The notes below the pieces were generated by a model. It ran no database searches and was not told where the DNA came from. It was given only the letters and a program-made list of their open reading frames with translations. The translations under genes were made by a program, and so were the position numbers. DNA of 64,000 nt. It comes from Squalus acanthias (lineage: Eukaryota). This document shows positions 1-11,916 of the stretch, in pieces. Each line of letters begins with the position of its first letter. The first letter of the stretch is position 1. The stretch covers positions 73,594,001 through 73,658,000 of the forward strand of contig CM059430.1 in NCBI GenBank assembly GCA_030390025.1, given 5' to 3'.

Positions 1-149
1 TGATACATGACTCGGATAATGAAAACTCTTACTCTGATTTCAAAGTAAATGTAAGATTTATACCGCAATAAAATATATTAAACCTAACTGTCTGCGGGGT
101 TCTCCCTTGATCTCGCCATAAGATTAGCAGGAGGCCAGTGGAACCCCGA

Positions 150-1580
150 CAGAAATCATAGAATCTTAGAAATTTACAGCACAGAAGGAGGTAATTCGAC
201 CCATCTTGTCCGTACCGGCCGACAAGAGCTATCCAGCCTAATCCCACTTTCCAGCACTTGGTCCTTAGCATTGTAGGTTACAGCACTTCAAGTGCATATC
301 AAATAATTTTAAAATGTGATGAGGGTTTCTGACTCTACCACCCTTTCAGGCAGTGAGTTCCAGATCTCCTCCACTCTCAGGGTGAAGACATTTCTCCTGG
401 AATCCCATCTAAACCTCCTACCAATTAATTTAAATCTATGTTCCCTGGTTAACGTTCCCTCTGCTAAGGGAAATAGGTCCTTCCTATAGAGTCTATCCTG
501 GCCCCCCATAATTTTATACACTTCAATTAGGACTCCCCTCAGCCTCCTCTGTTCCAAAGAATACAACCCCAGCCTATCCAATCTTTCCTCTAACTAACAT
601 TCCCCAGCCCAGTCAACATCTTGGTAAATCTCCTCTGCACCCTTTCTGGTGCAATCACATTCTTCCTGTAATGCGGTGACCAGAACTGCACGCAGTATTC
701 TAGCTGCGGCCTAACTAGGGACTGATACAGTTCAAGCATAAACCCCCTGCTCTTATATCCAATGCCTCGCCTAATAAAGACAAGTATTCCGTATGCCTTC
801 TTAACGACGTTATCGAGCTGTCCTGCTACCTTCAGGGACCGGTGGACATGCATTCCAATGTCCCTCTGATCCTCTGCACTTCTCAGTCTCCTATCATTTA
901 TTGGGTAGTGCCTTGCCTTGTTTGTCCTCCCCAAATGCATTACCTCACACTTCTCCGGATTGAATTCCATTTGCCAATGTTCTGCCCACTTGAGCAGTCC
1001 ATTGATATCTTCCTGCAGTCTACAGCTTTCTTCTTCATTATCAACCACACGACCAATTTTTTTTATCATTTGCAAACATCTTAATCATGCTTCCTACATT
1101 CAAGTCCAAATCATTGATATATACCGCAAAAATGAAAGGACCTCTACTGAGCCCTGTAGAACAACACTGCGAATAATCTTCCAGTCACAAAACATCTTTC
1201 GATTAGTATCCTTTGTTTCCTGCCTCTGAGCCAATTTTGGATCCAACTTGTTACATTGCCTTGGATCCCATGGGCTTTTACTTTCGTGACCAGTCTGCAA
1301 TGCGGGACCTTATCAAAAGCCTTGCTAAAATTCGTATAGACTACATCAAACGTACAACCCTCATCGACCCTCCTTGTTACCTCCTCAAATAATTCAATCA
1401 AGTTAACCAGACCCGACCTTCCCTTAACAAATCCATGCTGACTGTCCCTGATTTATCCGTCCCTCAGAAATGTTTCCAATAATTTTTCCACCACCGAGTT
1501 TAGACTGACTGGACTTTAATTACTCCGTCTATTCCTTTGTCCCTTTTTAAAGAACGGTACCACGTTAGCAGTCCTCCAGT
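150..1580 (-). mobile_element. CR1 LINE, 3' portion of ORF2 (RT + C-terminus) and 3' UTR, disrupted
   Basis: ORFs 1144-1401, 590-1075 and 309-581 give [47 protein letters not shown] and LYSLEQRRLRG; short-repeat tail at ~150-170. Confidence 0.93.
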
Positions 1581-2496
1581 CCGGCAGAAACGGCAGCATC
1601 CCAAGTAAAAATAGTTTAAATGTCCATTTTTAATTCTCTACATTATTTCTCTAAAGTTTCGTTGATCTCAAGTCCGAACTGGTGGTACTAATCAGTGGAG
1701 ACCAATGAAATTGCAGTTCCATGATCTCTCGATAAACTGTGTCAATTGTCTTTGTATGAATGTTTCTCTCGCTCTCTCTGCTATTCTACTTCTGTATCCT
1801 TCTATATGCCCTTTTGTTGTCTGTCCTTAAGAAACTTTTGCTCTCTCTCGACACTCTTCTGCATCCTTCTCTGCATATATGCTCTATCACTTGCTGTTGA
1901 ATGTGATGGGTGGCACAGTGTGTTTTGAACGAGAAAATTATTAACTAGTGTGTGAAGGGTTCACGTTGGATGACTTTACAGGGACACTCTGGTCCTTACT
2001 GGCTCCTTTCCCAGCCTGAACCAAATTATTCATCCCTACACATATTACTGCTCTAGCTTCTCCCAAGTGTTCATTTTTCAACCGAAACCTTCCCTTTATA
2101 TCACTCCTCACTCAGATCCACACTGCCCTGCCTCATCCTTATTGAAATATCCACTCAGGCACTCAGTAATCCTGTCCACTTGCTCCCACTACAAGTACCC
2201 TGACATGCTTTTCAGCTGTTCTGCACTCCAATTCAATACTCCAGGCTATGGGGTGAGCGATCTAAGTCAAACTTAACCGTTGCTGGTTTCCTGCCTCTTA
2301 CTATTGTATGTCCTTTCTATTCCTTTCCTTCGATGATGACGTATTTGTTTTGAAAAGTTAAAATACTTTTGAAATAAGCTACGTCAGCATAAGCGAAGTT
2401 AAAAAAATGTCAGCTCTCTCTATCTAAGTCTCTATCCCTAATTTTGAATTTTATCTCTGTACGTAACATGAGCGATCGCGAATAGGGCGACCGTTT

Positions 2497-2618
2497 TCAC
2501 CTCAATCGATTTTCTGCTGATATGCTGTCACCCATTGTTAGCTGGGCGAGTAGATTTAAAATTACCCATTCTGATTCTGATGTCGCACATGTTAGTATGT
2601 AGAAATTCTGTCTCACAT
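2497..2618 (-). CDS. Candidate exon 4 (degenerate transmembrane/terminal exon) of the VJ-C1 IgSF gene
   Basis: Acceptor ttatttctcacag. Phase-1 reading (D)VRQNFYILTCATSESEWVILNLLAQLTMGDSISAENRLR* joins in frame to the C1 exon. Its end (ISAENRLR) resembles the TM exon at 63927-64000 (ISKLHRLR). Confidence 0.5.
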
Positions 2619-4072
2619 CTGTGAGAAATAAGCATTTACACTTTGTAAATGTCAAGCAAACATAATTCACAGTTAGCATTAGTGTGACTCGAAATTCAAA
2701 TAGTTATTCTTTTGAAAATTAAATTCATATTAAACTGAAGAAAGACTCTCTTCTGTCCTTTGGTTATACCTCTCTCTCCTGTGTAACTTTCTCTCTCTCA
2801 ATCTCTGACATAAGCCCCTCTCTCTCATGCTCTGTTCCTCAGCTTAATAACATTTCAAAATATAATGGACCCTTTTAAACCAAACACTAATATCGTTGTG
2901 CAATAATTTTTGTAATATTCCACTTCTCTCTCTCGCTCGCTCACAGACATATAAGCACACGCGTGGTCGAATCAAGTCAATCGCTTTTTAAACACTGAAT
3001 ATAAACTTTTCAACAATGAATATTCCAACATTTTTCCTTTTTCTGGATGAAGCAACAACTGACTAAATGCTGCAGAAAGACGGCACACGCTCAGAAAGTA
3101 TGACCTAAAGTCACCTCAGAGAGCGACAGGTTATGGCAAAATATAAATTCAAAGACTTTTTTTTCTGTGACTGGCTGAAGAAATCAAGTAATAGCTTAAT
3201 GAAGGCAATCAGAGATGGAAAGGCAACTCAATTAATACTTCTCATCATTCTTTACTGATATATCTGATTTTGAATTTGAATATTGTATAATCCCTTAATT
3301 TGACTTTAGATATTGAATTCGCTGCACTACAAATTGAAGATCAAAATTTTCGGTTTAAGAAACTGATAGATAAATTTGAGTGATTGCTCGGGAAAGCTAT
3401 TTTCTCACCAGATCGTGCCATTACAGGGTCACGTTTAAAAAGTAATTGTGTACAGCTTATTCCATTCGTCCGCCATAACTTCGGCGGAAGAGCCGTGAAA
3501 TTCAGTATTTCCTGGATTTCCTCGGCTATTCTCACGAAGATATGGCGGACGAGTGGTTGAGCCCGGCTGAAACTCATGTCAGTATAATTGTCAAGCGAGC
3601 GTCGAGTAATGTTAAACGGTGGCAAAAATATGACATCAATAAGTATTTTTTTTTAGACAGGAAGTGAACAGACATGAGAGGCGTTGATTTCCTCGGGAGC
3701 TGCCCCACCCACCGCATCAATCGCTCTTACATCGTTGGGTAATTAGCTTAATCCGGGGAGAAACTCATAACCAGCCTTTTTCAGCCCTTTTCATCCGCCT
3801 TTGCCCAAAATATTCCACCGATCTCCCATCGATGTTTGGACACCAGACCAGGGCAAGCTCTCATAAATCCCTGGTGAACAGTTTTAGTAAATATATTCAT
3901 ATAAACGGCTGAAGTCACTGAACAATTACATGTTGAACAGTTGGTTACCGATGACTGTTCGTCAGAACTGCTAATTACGTGAAGTGATTCATTTGTATCG
4001 TTGCTATTTGTATCAGTGACGCTGAAAGACATCAGGCGAATGACGGTGTATTCCCAAGACCTTAACTGAAAT

Positions 4073-4821
4073 GGGCCAGACATTCGGCTTTCCGGCTTCC
4101 TGCGGGTGCAAGCATCGCGAGCGTACTTGCCCACCGCGCCTGCTGTTGTGCTTTGGGCCCACGAGGACTTCGGGTCCTAGGCCTCCTCCAGCTGCCTGCG
4201 CGCAGTGCTTGTATATCAAAGCGGCATAGTGAGTTCGAAGCTTCCCCTGCGATCACGTGGGCCATGGAGAGCCAATCCTAGCAGGGCATTTTCATTCAAG
4301 ATTTGACAGGAAGTCCTGTCAAATCTATGAATAGAGATCGGCCCCAACACCACACTTAAACTTCAAATATTTTTTTTAAACTCACATTTTTAAAATAACT
4401 ATAAGTTAAATAAATTAACTAGTATAAATAAAAATGTAAATATTTGAAAAAAATAATTATACTTTTTAACTTTGCTAAAAATAAACTTACCTTTCTTTAA
4501 AGTATCTAAAAAAGATAAACCTTTGGAAACATTTTTAAAATTGTAATTAATGAACCACTTACATTGTTAAAAACTGGCCTTGCACCTCCTTTTTAAAAGC
4601 GCAGCTTCTTCATCCTTACCCTCCGAGAGAAACCTGAAAAAAAACCTGAAGTTCGCTGCCTGCGTGCAGCCTCTCCAACGCACCCGGTTCATCTCTGAAC
4701 CGCTCCCTTTAGGGTAACGGAAGTTCCGGTTTCCCGCGCATGCAGGAAACCGGTACTTCAGGTGGCATTATGGGTGAGTACACAGCGCGTACTCACCCGA
4801 CAACAGCCGAATTTTTGGCCC
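4073..4821. mobile_element. Harbinger-type MITE (non-autonomous DNA transposon)
   Basis: TIRs GGGCCAGACATTCGGCT / AGCCGAATTTTTGGCCC; 3-bp TSD AAT at 4070-4072 and 4822-4824; GC-rich ends, AT-rich core, no recognisable coding sequence. Confidence 0.85.
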
Positions 4822-4899
4822 AATATATTTAAAATTGAATTGTTTATAAGCGGGCACATTTGTGACTGCACGGAGGACTGCCACTTGGGAAAATCTGCG

Positions 4900-5742
4900 C
4901 CCATTGTGAGGGTTCCCGGGACGCATACAGTTCCGATACTTGCCCTCTCCAAACTCAGAGTGCCCAGGTATCCCAGAGGTGCATGCAGTTCGCAGCGTCC
5001 CTGTGATCACGTGGGCCATGGGGATCCAATCACAGAAGGAAATCTCCCTTCATACATTTGACAGGAAGTCTTGTCAAATATATGATGGCGATCAATGAAA
5101 AAACATAGTAAAACCGTAAATTTTTTTTTTTAAACTCATATTTTTAAAATAACTTGAAATTACAATAAATTAAGTATTTTAAACAAAAAATTATTTTTTT
5201 GAAAAATATCATTAAAGTATTTTATGGAGTTAAAAATCAACTTACATTTTTTAAAGTATTTTTAAATGATAAATCAATGAAATTATTTTAATACTTTTTT
5301 TTCAACTCTTATCCTGATAAAAGGCGGCCTTACGCCGGCTTTTGCCAGGCGTAAGAATGTTAATGGTTTTCTGCGTGCGGAGGGACTCCAAAAAGCGGAA
5401 CAAGCCGCTCGCAGAGGCCCTTCTCCAGGGCAGCCGGAGGATCTGTCAAGAGGATTCTTGTGAGAAGTCGCACAACACCAGGTTATAGTCCCACAGCTTT
5501 ATTTGAAAGCACAAGCTTGTGATTTCAAATAAAGCTGTTGTATTATAACCTGGTGTTGTGCGACTTCGCACATTTGTCCACCCCAGTCCAGCACCGGCAT
5601 TTCCACATGAAGATGATTCTTAACAGATCGGAAATGCCGGTCTTCAGCGCATGCGAATGCATGCCGGAAACCGGCATTTCCGATGTCCCTCCAGGTGGTT
5701 GCACAGCGCGTACCCACCAGTAGGGATCGGAATATCCGACCC
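4900..5742. mobile_element. Related MITE (left end unclear), interrupted by a palindromic insertion
   Basis: Shares blocks with 4073-4821 (gatcacgtgggccatgg, ttgacaggaagtcYtgtcaa); right end GGAATATCCGACCC followed by AAT. Confidence 0.6.
5460..5609. mobile_element. Short insertion containing a 104-bp palindrome (5464-5567), probably an inverted Penelope-like terminus
   Basis: Arms gaagtcgcacaacaccaggttata... / ...tataacctggtgttgtgcgacttc centred on AAGCTT; flanked by near-identical 12-bp direct repeats aagaggattctt (5448-5459) and aagatgattctt (5610-5621). Confidence 0.7.
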
Positions 5743-6342
5743 AATGTTACTGTCAGACTTTTATTACTGTATTCCAGCCATGCTACCAAAACGTATGCCG
5801 ATAATATATACTCTCTAAAAATCAATTTGATTGAAATGCTCTAATTCTGGGCAGGGTTTATCGACAATTAAGGTAATAAATGTTTCTATGGAAGCGAAAC
5901 TTCTTCCTTATTTCGCAAAATAATGAAAATTATATAAACAAATACGTCTATTATCACCCTTGTAGAACGATGCGCGTGCATAGCTGTCCTGTTCTTCTGC
6001 TTTAACTTGGGGGGACGATTCCGTAAACATCGCAGAAATGGCCTAAATCGCCATAGGCATTCCAGCCTGACTTTTGCAAGACGAGTGCGGGCCTTTGGTG
6101 AGAGACAATAAAGCAGTTTTCCTGCTTCTATTAACTGGAAAATGTCCTTGTTGTAAACTGCAGCGTGCGGATCATCTTTTACGTGTGTGGAATTGTCTCC
6201 CGAGATTCTTAAGGTTCGCACATGCTGACTAGAAACTCACACAGCACTAACTGGGGCCGGCCGTCCATGGTGACGGATCTCAGCAGAATCAAAATTTTCA
6301 GCAAAGACTGTGAAAAAACAGATAAACAAGCATGCCAATTAC

Positions 6343-6648
6343 CTGAAATGCCAATATGGTAATGAACACTGGCTCCAGTCTGGAGAGATATGTGTGATAC
6401 CTTACAGGTATAATTATTTCCGATCTGCAAAGGATCTGCTTCACTGAGATCACTGGAAACTTCAAAGTGTCCGGCTGGATTACGTTTTTTGATAGATTCC
6501 CTCCCGTTCGCGATTTCCAAACCATTTTTATACCAACTGATGTTCAGATTTTCCGGGAAAAACCAAGCCGTTTTACACTCAAGATTGAAAGAAGTCGAAG
6601 AATGTCTTCTAAATCCAATGGTAGAAATCTGCAACGGCGTCGGAGGAA
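6343..6648 (-). CDS. Exon 3: Ig C1-set domain of VJ-C1 IgSF gene
   Basis: (V)PPTPLQI...LECKTAWFFPENLNISWYKNG...GHFEVSSDL...YTCKVSHISL shows the C1 signatures CxxxxFxP, W and YxCxVxH. Acceptor ttttttttaaag, donor CAG|gtaatt, 306 nt, phase 1/1. Confidence 0.92.
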
Positions 6649-6689
6649 CTTTAAAAAAAATAGAAAAAGAATGTTATTTAAACTGAATG

Positions 6690-7040
6690 GGGGCGAAATT
6701 CCACTCGTTGGTTGACCTATGACATTGTGGTGAGCGGTTTGATACAAATGAGAGACTTCCGAACTGCTTCAGAGGTCAATTGAGAATGAACCATGTTGCG
6801 GTGGGAGAAAAGTCGCAAATAGTGCAGACTGGTTAAGGAAGGCAAGTTTCTTTCCCTGAAGGATATTAGTGAAGAAATAGCGTTTGATGGCAATCCACTT
6901 ACACCAGCATTTATTTCCATATATTTTCGAATAAGTTAAAATGTTTAAACTGCCAAATTGGGAGTTGAACGCACATTCCCTCTATTACTAGTCCAGGCTC
7001 TAGATTAGTAGTCCAGTAAAATAACAACTACTCCACAATG
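6690..7040 (-). mobile_element. Degenerate tRNA-derived SINE
   Basis: Minus strand starts with A-box-like gtggagtagttgtt and B-box-like gttcaactccc; body resembles 44790-44975. Confidence 0.55.
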
Positions 7041-8446
7041 TTGGTACATGAGGGAGAGAGAGAGAGATCCTAAAGTAGCAACAGTCGAGAGAGACCGAGA
7101 AAGAATTACAGATCACCCAAGCAACAGCCAGTTTTCAAGATTGAATAAAGCCTTGCGATGTTTATAGTATTGCAATACTTTAAATATCCCACTACATACC
7201 ATTGCAACCTACGGGAAAGGATGTTGATGTACGAGAACTGTAAAGTTGTGTGTGTGGGAATCGGCTAACAAAGGTGAATTGACCGGTGACTACCATATAA
7301 GGCAATGCAAGTTTCGGTATGATAAGGAGAAACAATGCATAAAAAGATGCTTTTGTGTTAGGAATCTGAGGAGAGAGGAATGTACAAGAATGAGCGCATG
7401 CCTAATTTAAAAACTGCTGACAAAACCCCTCTTGTAAATTGTGTTATACTCTGAAGAAATTATACTCGGCTTTTAGATTGTTTTCATTTAAAAGTAGAAA
7501 AAGTAAAGTGATTATAACGATTAGAGTGAATTCATTACTACTCGAATGAACAACAGATGCTGGTTTAAAACAACACACAGTACCGAATGCATTTGATTTT
7601 ATTCTTCCTCCTCAAATGCATTAACTCGTATCTCCAAAGTACATTTTATTGGACTTGTTCTCACCAATCTCCTAATATATTGATATTCTCAGGAAGTTGT
7701 GTTCAGTCTTCTAGATAGTGAAAACCCTATTTGGTCTGCTCTATCAATTTCCATAGTGCGGCCCTGCAAGTGGTGTTCTCCCAATTTATACCCGAGTAAT
7801 TAAATTCCACATCGTGACTATTGTCTGGGCCCGGTAATTCCACTTGGCTGCCGCATTTTCTGACATTAAGGGAAAAGTAAATCAAACGGGAAGTATAATT
7901 GACTGCACATCCGCCACCGCACTTGGTGGTCTTGGAGGAGAGCAAAAAGGCCGTTTGATACCTCGCCAGATTTTCCATTTCTTTGAAGTCAATGGGAAAG
8001 AAAATGGAGCGGAGTAAATGAACATTAGCGAAAGCCTTGTCCTGAGCTTGGCGCTGCCGCTCAAGACGGCATTCACTGTTGTGTTGGTAATAAATGAATA
8101 AATACATATTGACAAGTGGCTAGAGCTAATTAATAAAATGCTTTACTGCTGTAACCATTCTACCTTTTAATCAAATGTTTTCAGTGGATTGTTTATTATT
8201 GTCGGGGTCTCAAACATTTGGCATGCTTGGCTCCGGACCCGCATTGCCAGCGTTTGTTGTGCTGTAGGTGATACGCAGATGGCTTTATGGGTGGATTACC
8301 GTCCGTCTGCTTTAAACTCCGCGGAAGAGCAGCCGAAAATCCGAGAATCAAACAACGTGTTCCTTGCATAATTTTTTCATTGAAAACGCTCATATAATTG
8401 CTTGTTTCACGAGTTTCTATTACAGACTCCAGGCTATGGAAGTATT

Positions 8447-8940
8447 GGCCCAAAATTTGCGATCGGAGGCTTCCCGTGACCTGGTGGCCCGGAAGGTATG
8501 GAGACGTGCGATCCTGGGCCACTCGGGATACGCGCGGGCAGAGGCCCACGTATCCCAAGGGCGCTTGCGGTTCGCCAGCGCCCCTGGGATCACGTCGGTC
8601 GTCCTAAACAATAAAAGAAGGAAATAGCCATTCATAATTATGAGAGTTCTGTACGTACGGGTGTGCCATAAGTATGAATGGGGAATCACTTAAAAAATAC
8701 AGGAACACATGAAATAAACATTTTAAAATGTGCATCTTTAAAATTAATTAAAATGCGTAGTTATTAAATATTTTAAACAGAAATTTAATTTAAAAAAAAG
8801 TAATTTACATGTTTTAACGGGATTAAAAATAAGCTTACCTTATTGGCCAGGGTTTCAAATGTATAAAAGAGTGTTAACATTTTATTTTTCTATTTGTTAA
8901 AACTCTTATGTTGGTAAAAGCAGACCTTTAATGCAGGATT
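8447..8940. mobile_element. Truncated Harbinger-type MITE
   Basis: Begins ATT|GGCCCAAAATTTGCGATC like the other MITE termini; similar AT-rich core with cttacct motif; right TIR not found. Confidence 0.55.
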
Positions 8941-9079
8941 TAATTTCCCACTTACAACCTGGAGAACTGTCAATCTGTTTCTTGTGATTAGATTACGAGT
9001 GCAGCAGCAGTTTTCGTTCGATCTGATTTAAATGTTACTGCGAAAATATATATACGGGTGCTTGAGTAGATCCGGCAGA

Positions 9080-9172
9080 TCTGTCTATCTGTCTGTCTGT
9101 CTATCTATCTCCCTATATATCAATCTATGTATCTATCTATCTAGCCAGCTGGCTATTTAGGTAGCTATCTAT
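9080..9172 (+). repeat. Imperfect (TCTA/TCTG)n microsatellite
   Basis: Seen directly. Confidence 0.85.
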
Positions 9173-9204
9173 TCATAAAGTGATCCACTTATCTTTCATT
9201 ATCT

Positions 9205-10860
9205 CTGAGCGTTTGCAACAATCTTCAGTCAGACGTGCCGAGTGGATGATCCATATTTGCCTGCACCTGAGTTCCCCACCATCACAGAAGCCAGTCATCA
9301 GCCAATTCGATTCACTCCCTGTGATATCAAGAAACGGCTGAGTGCACTGGATATAGCAAAGTGTATGTGCTGAAGACTTGTGGTTCAGAACCAGCTGCGC
9401 TTCTGGCCAAGCTGTTCCAGTACAGCTACCACACTGGCATCTAATCGACAATGTGGAAAGCTGCCCAGGTTTGACCTGTCCACAAAAAGCAGGACAAATC
9501 CAACCCAGCCAATTACCACCCCTTCAGTCAACTGTCAACCTTTAGCAAAGTGATGGAAGGTGTCGTTGACAGTGCTATAAAGCGGCACTTACTCACTAAT
9601 AACCTGCTCACTTGAGCCCAGTTTGGGTTCCGACAGGACCACTCGGCACCAGACCACATTACAGCCTTGGTCCAAATATGGACAAAGGAGCTGAATTCAG
9701 AGCTGAGGTGAGAGTGACTGCACTTGACATCAAGGCAGCATTTGACCGAGTGCAGCATCAAGGTGCCCCAGTAAACTGAAGTCAATGGGAATCGCGGGAA
9801 ATATTCTCCACTGGCTGGAGTCATACCTAGCAGAAAGGAAGATGGTTTTGGTGTTTGCTGGTTAATCATCATAGCCCAAGGACATCGCTGCAGGAGTTCT
9901 TCAGGGCAGTGTCCTAGACCCACCCATCTTCAACTGCTTCATCAATGAAATTCCCTCCATCATCAGGTGAAAAATGGGGATGATCTTTGATGTCTGCACA
10001 GTGTTAAGTGAGTTTGCAACTCCTCAGATAATGAAGCAGTCCAGGCCCACATCCAACAAGACCTGAACATTCAGGCTTGGGCTGATAAGTGGCAGGTCAC
10101 ATTCGCGCTACATATGTGCCAGGCAATGACTGTCTCCAACAAGAGAGTCTAACCACCTCCCCGTGACATACAACGGCATTACCATCAACATTCAAGCGTC
10201 ACAATTGACCAGAAACTTAACTGGACAAGCCACATACATACTGTGGCAACAAGAGCAGGTCAGATGCTAGGTATTCTGCGGCGAGTAGCTCGCCTCCTGA
10301 CTTACCAAATCCTTTCCACCAGCAACAAGGCAAATATAAGGAGTGTGATGGAATACACTTCACTTGCCAGGATGAGTGCAGCTCCAACAATACACTAGAA
10401 GCGCGGCACCATCCATGATAAAGCAGTCCGCTTGATTGGCACCCCATTCACCAGCTTCAACTTTAACTGCCTCCTCCAGCGGCCTACCGTGGCTGCAGTG
10501 TGTACGATCAACAAGATGCCCTGCAGCAACTCGCCCAGGGTCCTTCGGCAGCACGTCCCAAAGCCCCGATCTCTAACATCTAGAAGGACAAGGGCAGCAG
10601 ATGCATGGGAACACCACCACCTCGAAGTTCCTCTCCAAGTCACACACAATCCTGACTTGGAAGTATATCGCCGTTCCTTAATGTCGCTGGATCAAAATCC
10701 TGGAACTCCCTCCCAAACAGCACTGTGGGAGTACCTTCACCGCACTGATTGCAGCGGTTCAAGAAAGCGGAAGATCACCACGTTCTCAAGTGCAATTAGA
10801 GATAGGCAATAAATATTGGCCTTGCCAGCGACGCCCAGATCACAAGAACGAATATAAAAA
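9205..10860 (+). mobile_element. 5'-truncated non-LTR retrotransposon (LINE family B; RT + 3' end), intronic and antisense to the IgSF gene
   Basis: Decayed RT motifs (LDIKAAFDRV, GVxQGSVL, WADKWQVTFA). 3' end ...ccagcgacgcccagatcacaagaacgaatataaaaa is shared with copies at ~22170, ~34860 and ~41100. Confidence 0.88.
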
Positions 10861-10901
10861 TATATATAAACGACATTTAGATTTAATGACACGCTACTTA
10901 C

Positions 10902-11210
10902 CATATACAACGAGTTCTGTACCGCATCTTTCAACAATCCTGGATGATAGAAATGTAATTCTACAGCAATAAACTCCAGCGTCCTGGAAACTCACATTAT
11001 GAAGATGGAGAAAATATGTTCCTTTCGGTAGTTTACGCGATTGCGTGCGTTTGTCGGAGGTTGAAGTGGAATTGAGCTTCATCCAAAAAACTGTTTGAAT
11101 GTCGGACGTCTTGAGGTCAGATACATTTCCTAGTAAGGTAACATTGCTGCCACTAATCACCGCAACAGAGTTAGGGAAGCGAGGGACATTCGGAGGGATA
11201 CCTTGAGCAG
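10902..11210 (-). CDS. Exon 2: Ig V-type (germline-joined VJ-like) domain
   Basis: (A)AQGIPP...GSNVTLLGNVS...VFWMK...YFLHLHNVSFQDAGVYCCRI...CGTELVVY shows W, LxL, DxGxYxC and a GTxLxV G-strand. Acceptor tttccaacag, donor G|gtaagt, 309 nt, phase 1/1. Confidence 0.88.
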
Positions 11211-11393
11211 CTGTTGGAAATAGATATTGCAGCACAATATTTACGTTGAACACAACATACCGAGAATTGTTTAATAACAGAACAAACCACAATACGATAA
11301 CATAAATGTAACAATTAAAGCACAATATTTGTACTTCTGTCGACAATTCTCTACTCCAGAACCGGAACTTGTTAAATAAAATTGGTCAAATAC

Positions 11394-11460
11394 CTGTGCA
11401 GAAAAAACCCAGTGTGGCACAATATTGAAATACGATATTCCGAACCAGAACTGAACCCAT
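11394..11460 (-). CDS. Exon 1: leader/signal peptide of VJ-C1 IgSF gene
   Basis: ATG at 11460-11458, MGSVLVRNIVFQYCATLGFFCT, donor CAG|gtattt; 67 nt, so phase 1 matches the V exon acceptor across a 183-nt intron. Confidence 0.75.
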
Positions 11461-11580
11461 AACTGAGTTGAGCTTTGCAGATACTCCGATCAGACAACTG
11501 TTAGAGTGACGTGTATGGTTGTAGCATATCTAAACTGTATTCCAGCCCGCTGATGATATGCGTTCTGCAGGGTGTCTGCT

Positions 11581-11916
11581 CCGCCCTCAACATGCCGTGT
11601 TTCGGTTCGCTGTTCCACTCCTGCAACTCTAACTCAGGAAATGTACACAGCACAGACAGAAAAAAATAGCTTTAAAATCCGCCTATGTTAGTGACTTTCA
11701 ATATCCTAAGAACAACAACTCGGCCCCGCTCAGTTAAAAATGAAGCAATATAAAATAATATCCCCAACGTAAGGTAGGGAAGCGATTTAGAACAGACAGC
11801 TGTGAACTGCTCGCGGAAGGTAAAGGAACTTTTAATTGAACAAGATCCCAATATACGGTGCAAGGAGGTAGTTTTCAGGAAGTATTTCCAAGGCAAAGTG
11901 TGAGCGAAAGTGAAAG
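11581..11916. promoter_or_regulatory. Putative proximal promoter: GC box, IRF/ISRE-like and ETS motifs
   Basis: CCGCCC (11581), GTTTCGGTTCG (11599), CAGGAAATG (11635) and GAAAGTGAAAG (11906-11916), within 460 bp upstream of the ATG. Motif matches only. Confidence 0.4.

Noticed and set aside
1723-1740. TVYREI ITSM-like motif downstream of the candidate TM exon
   Set aside because: No credible acceptor or open frame links it to the gene; the motif is short enough to occur by chance.
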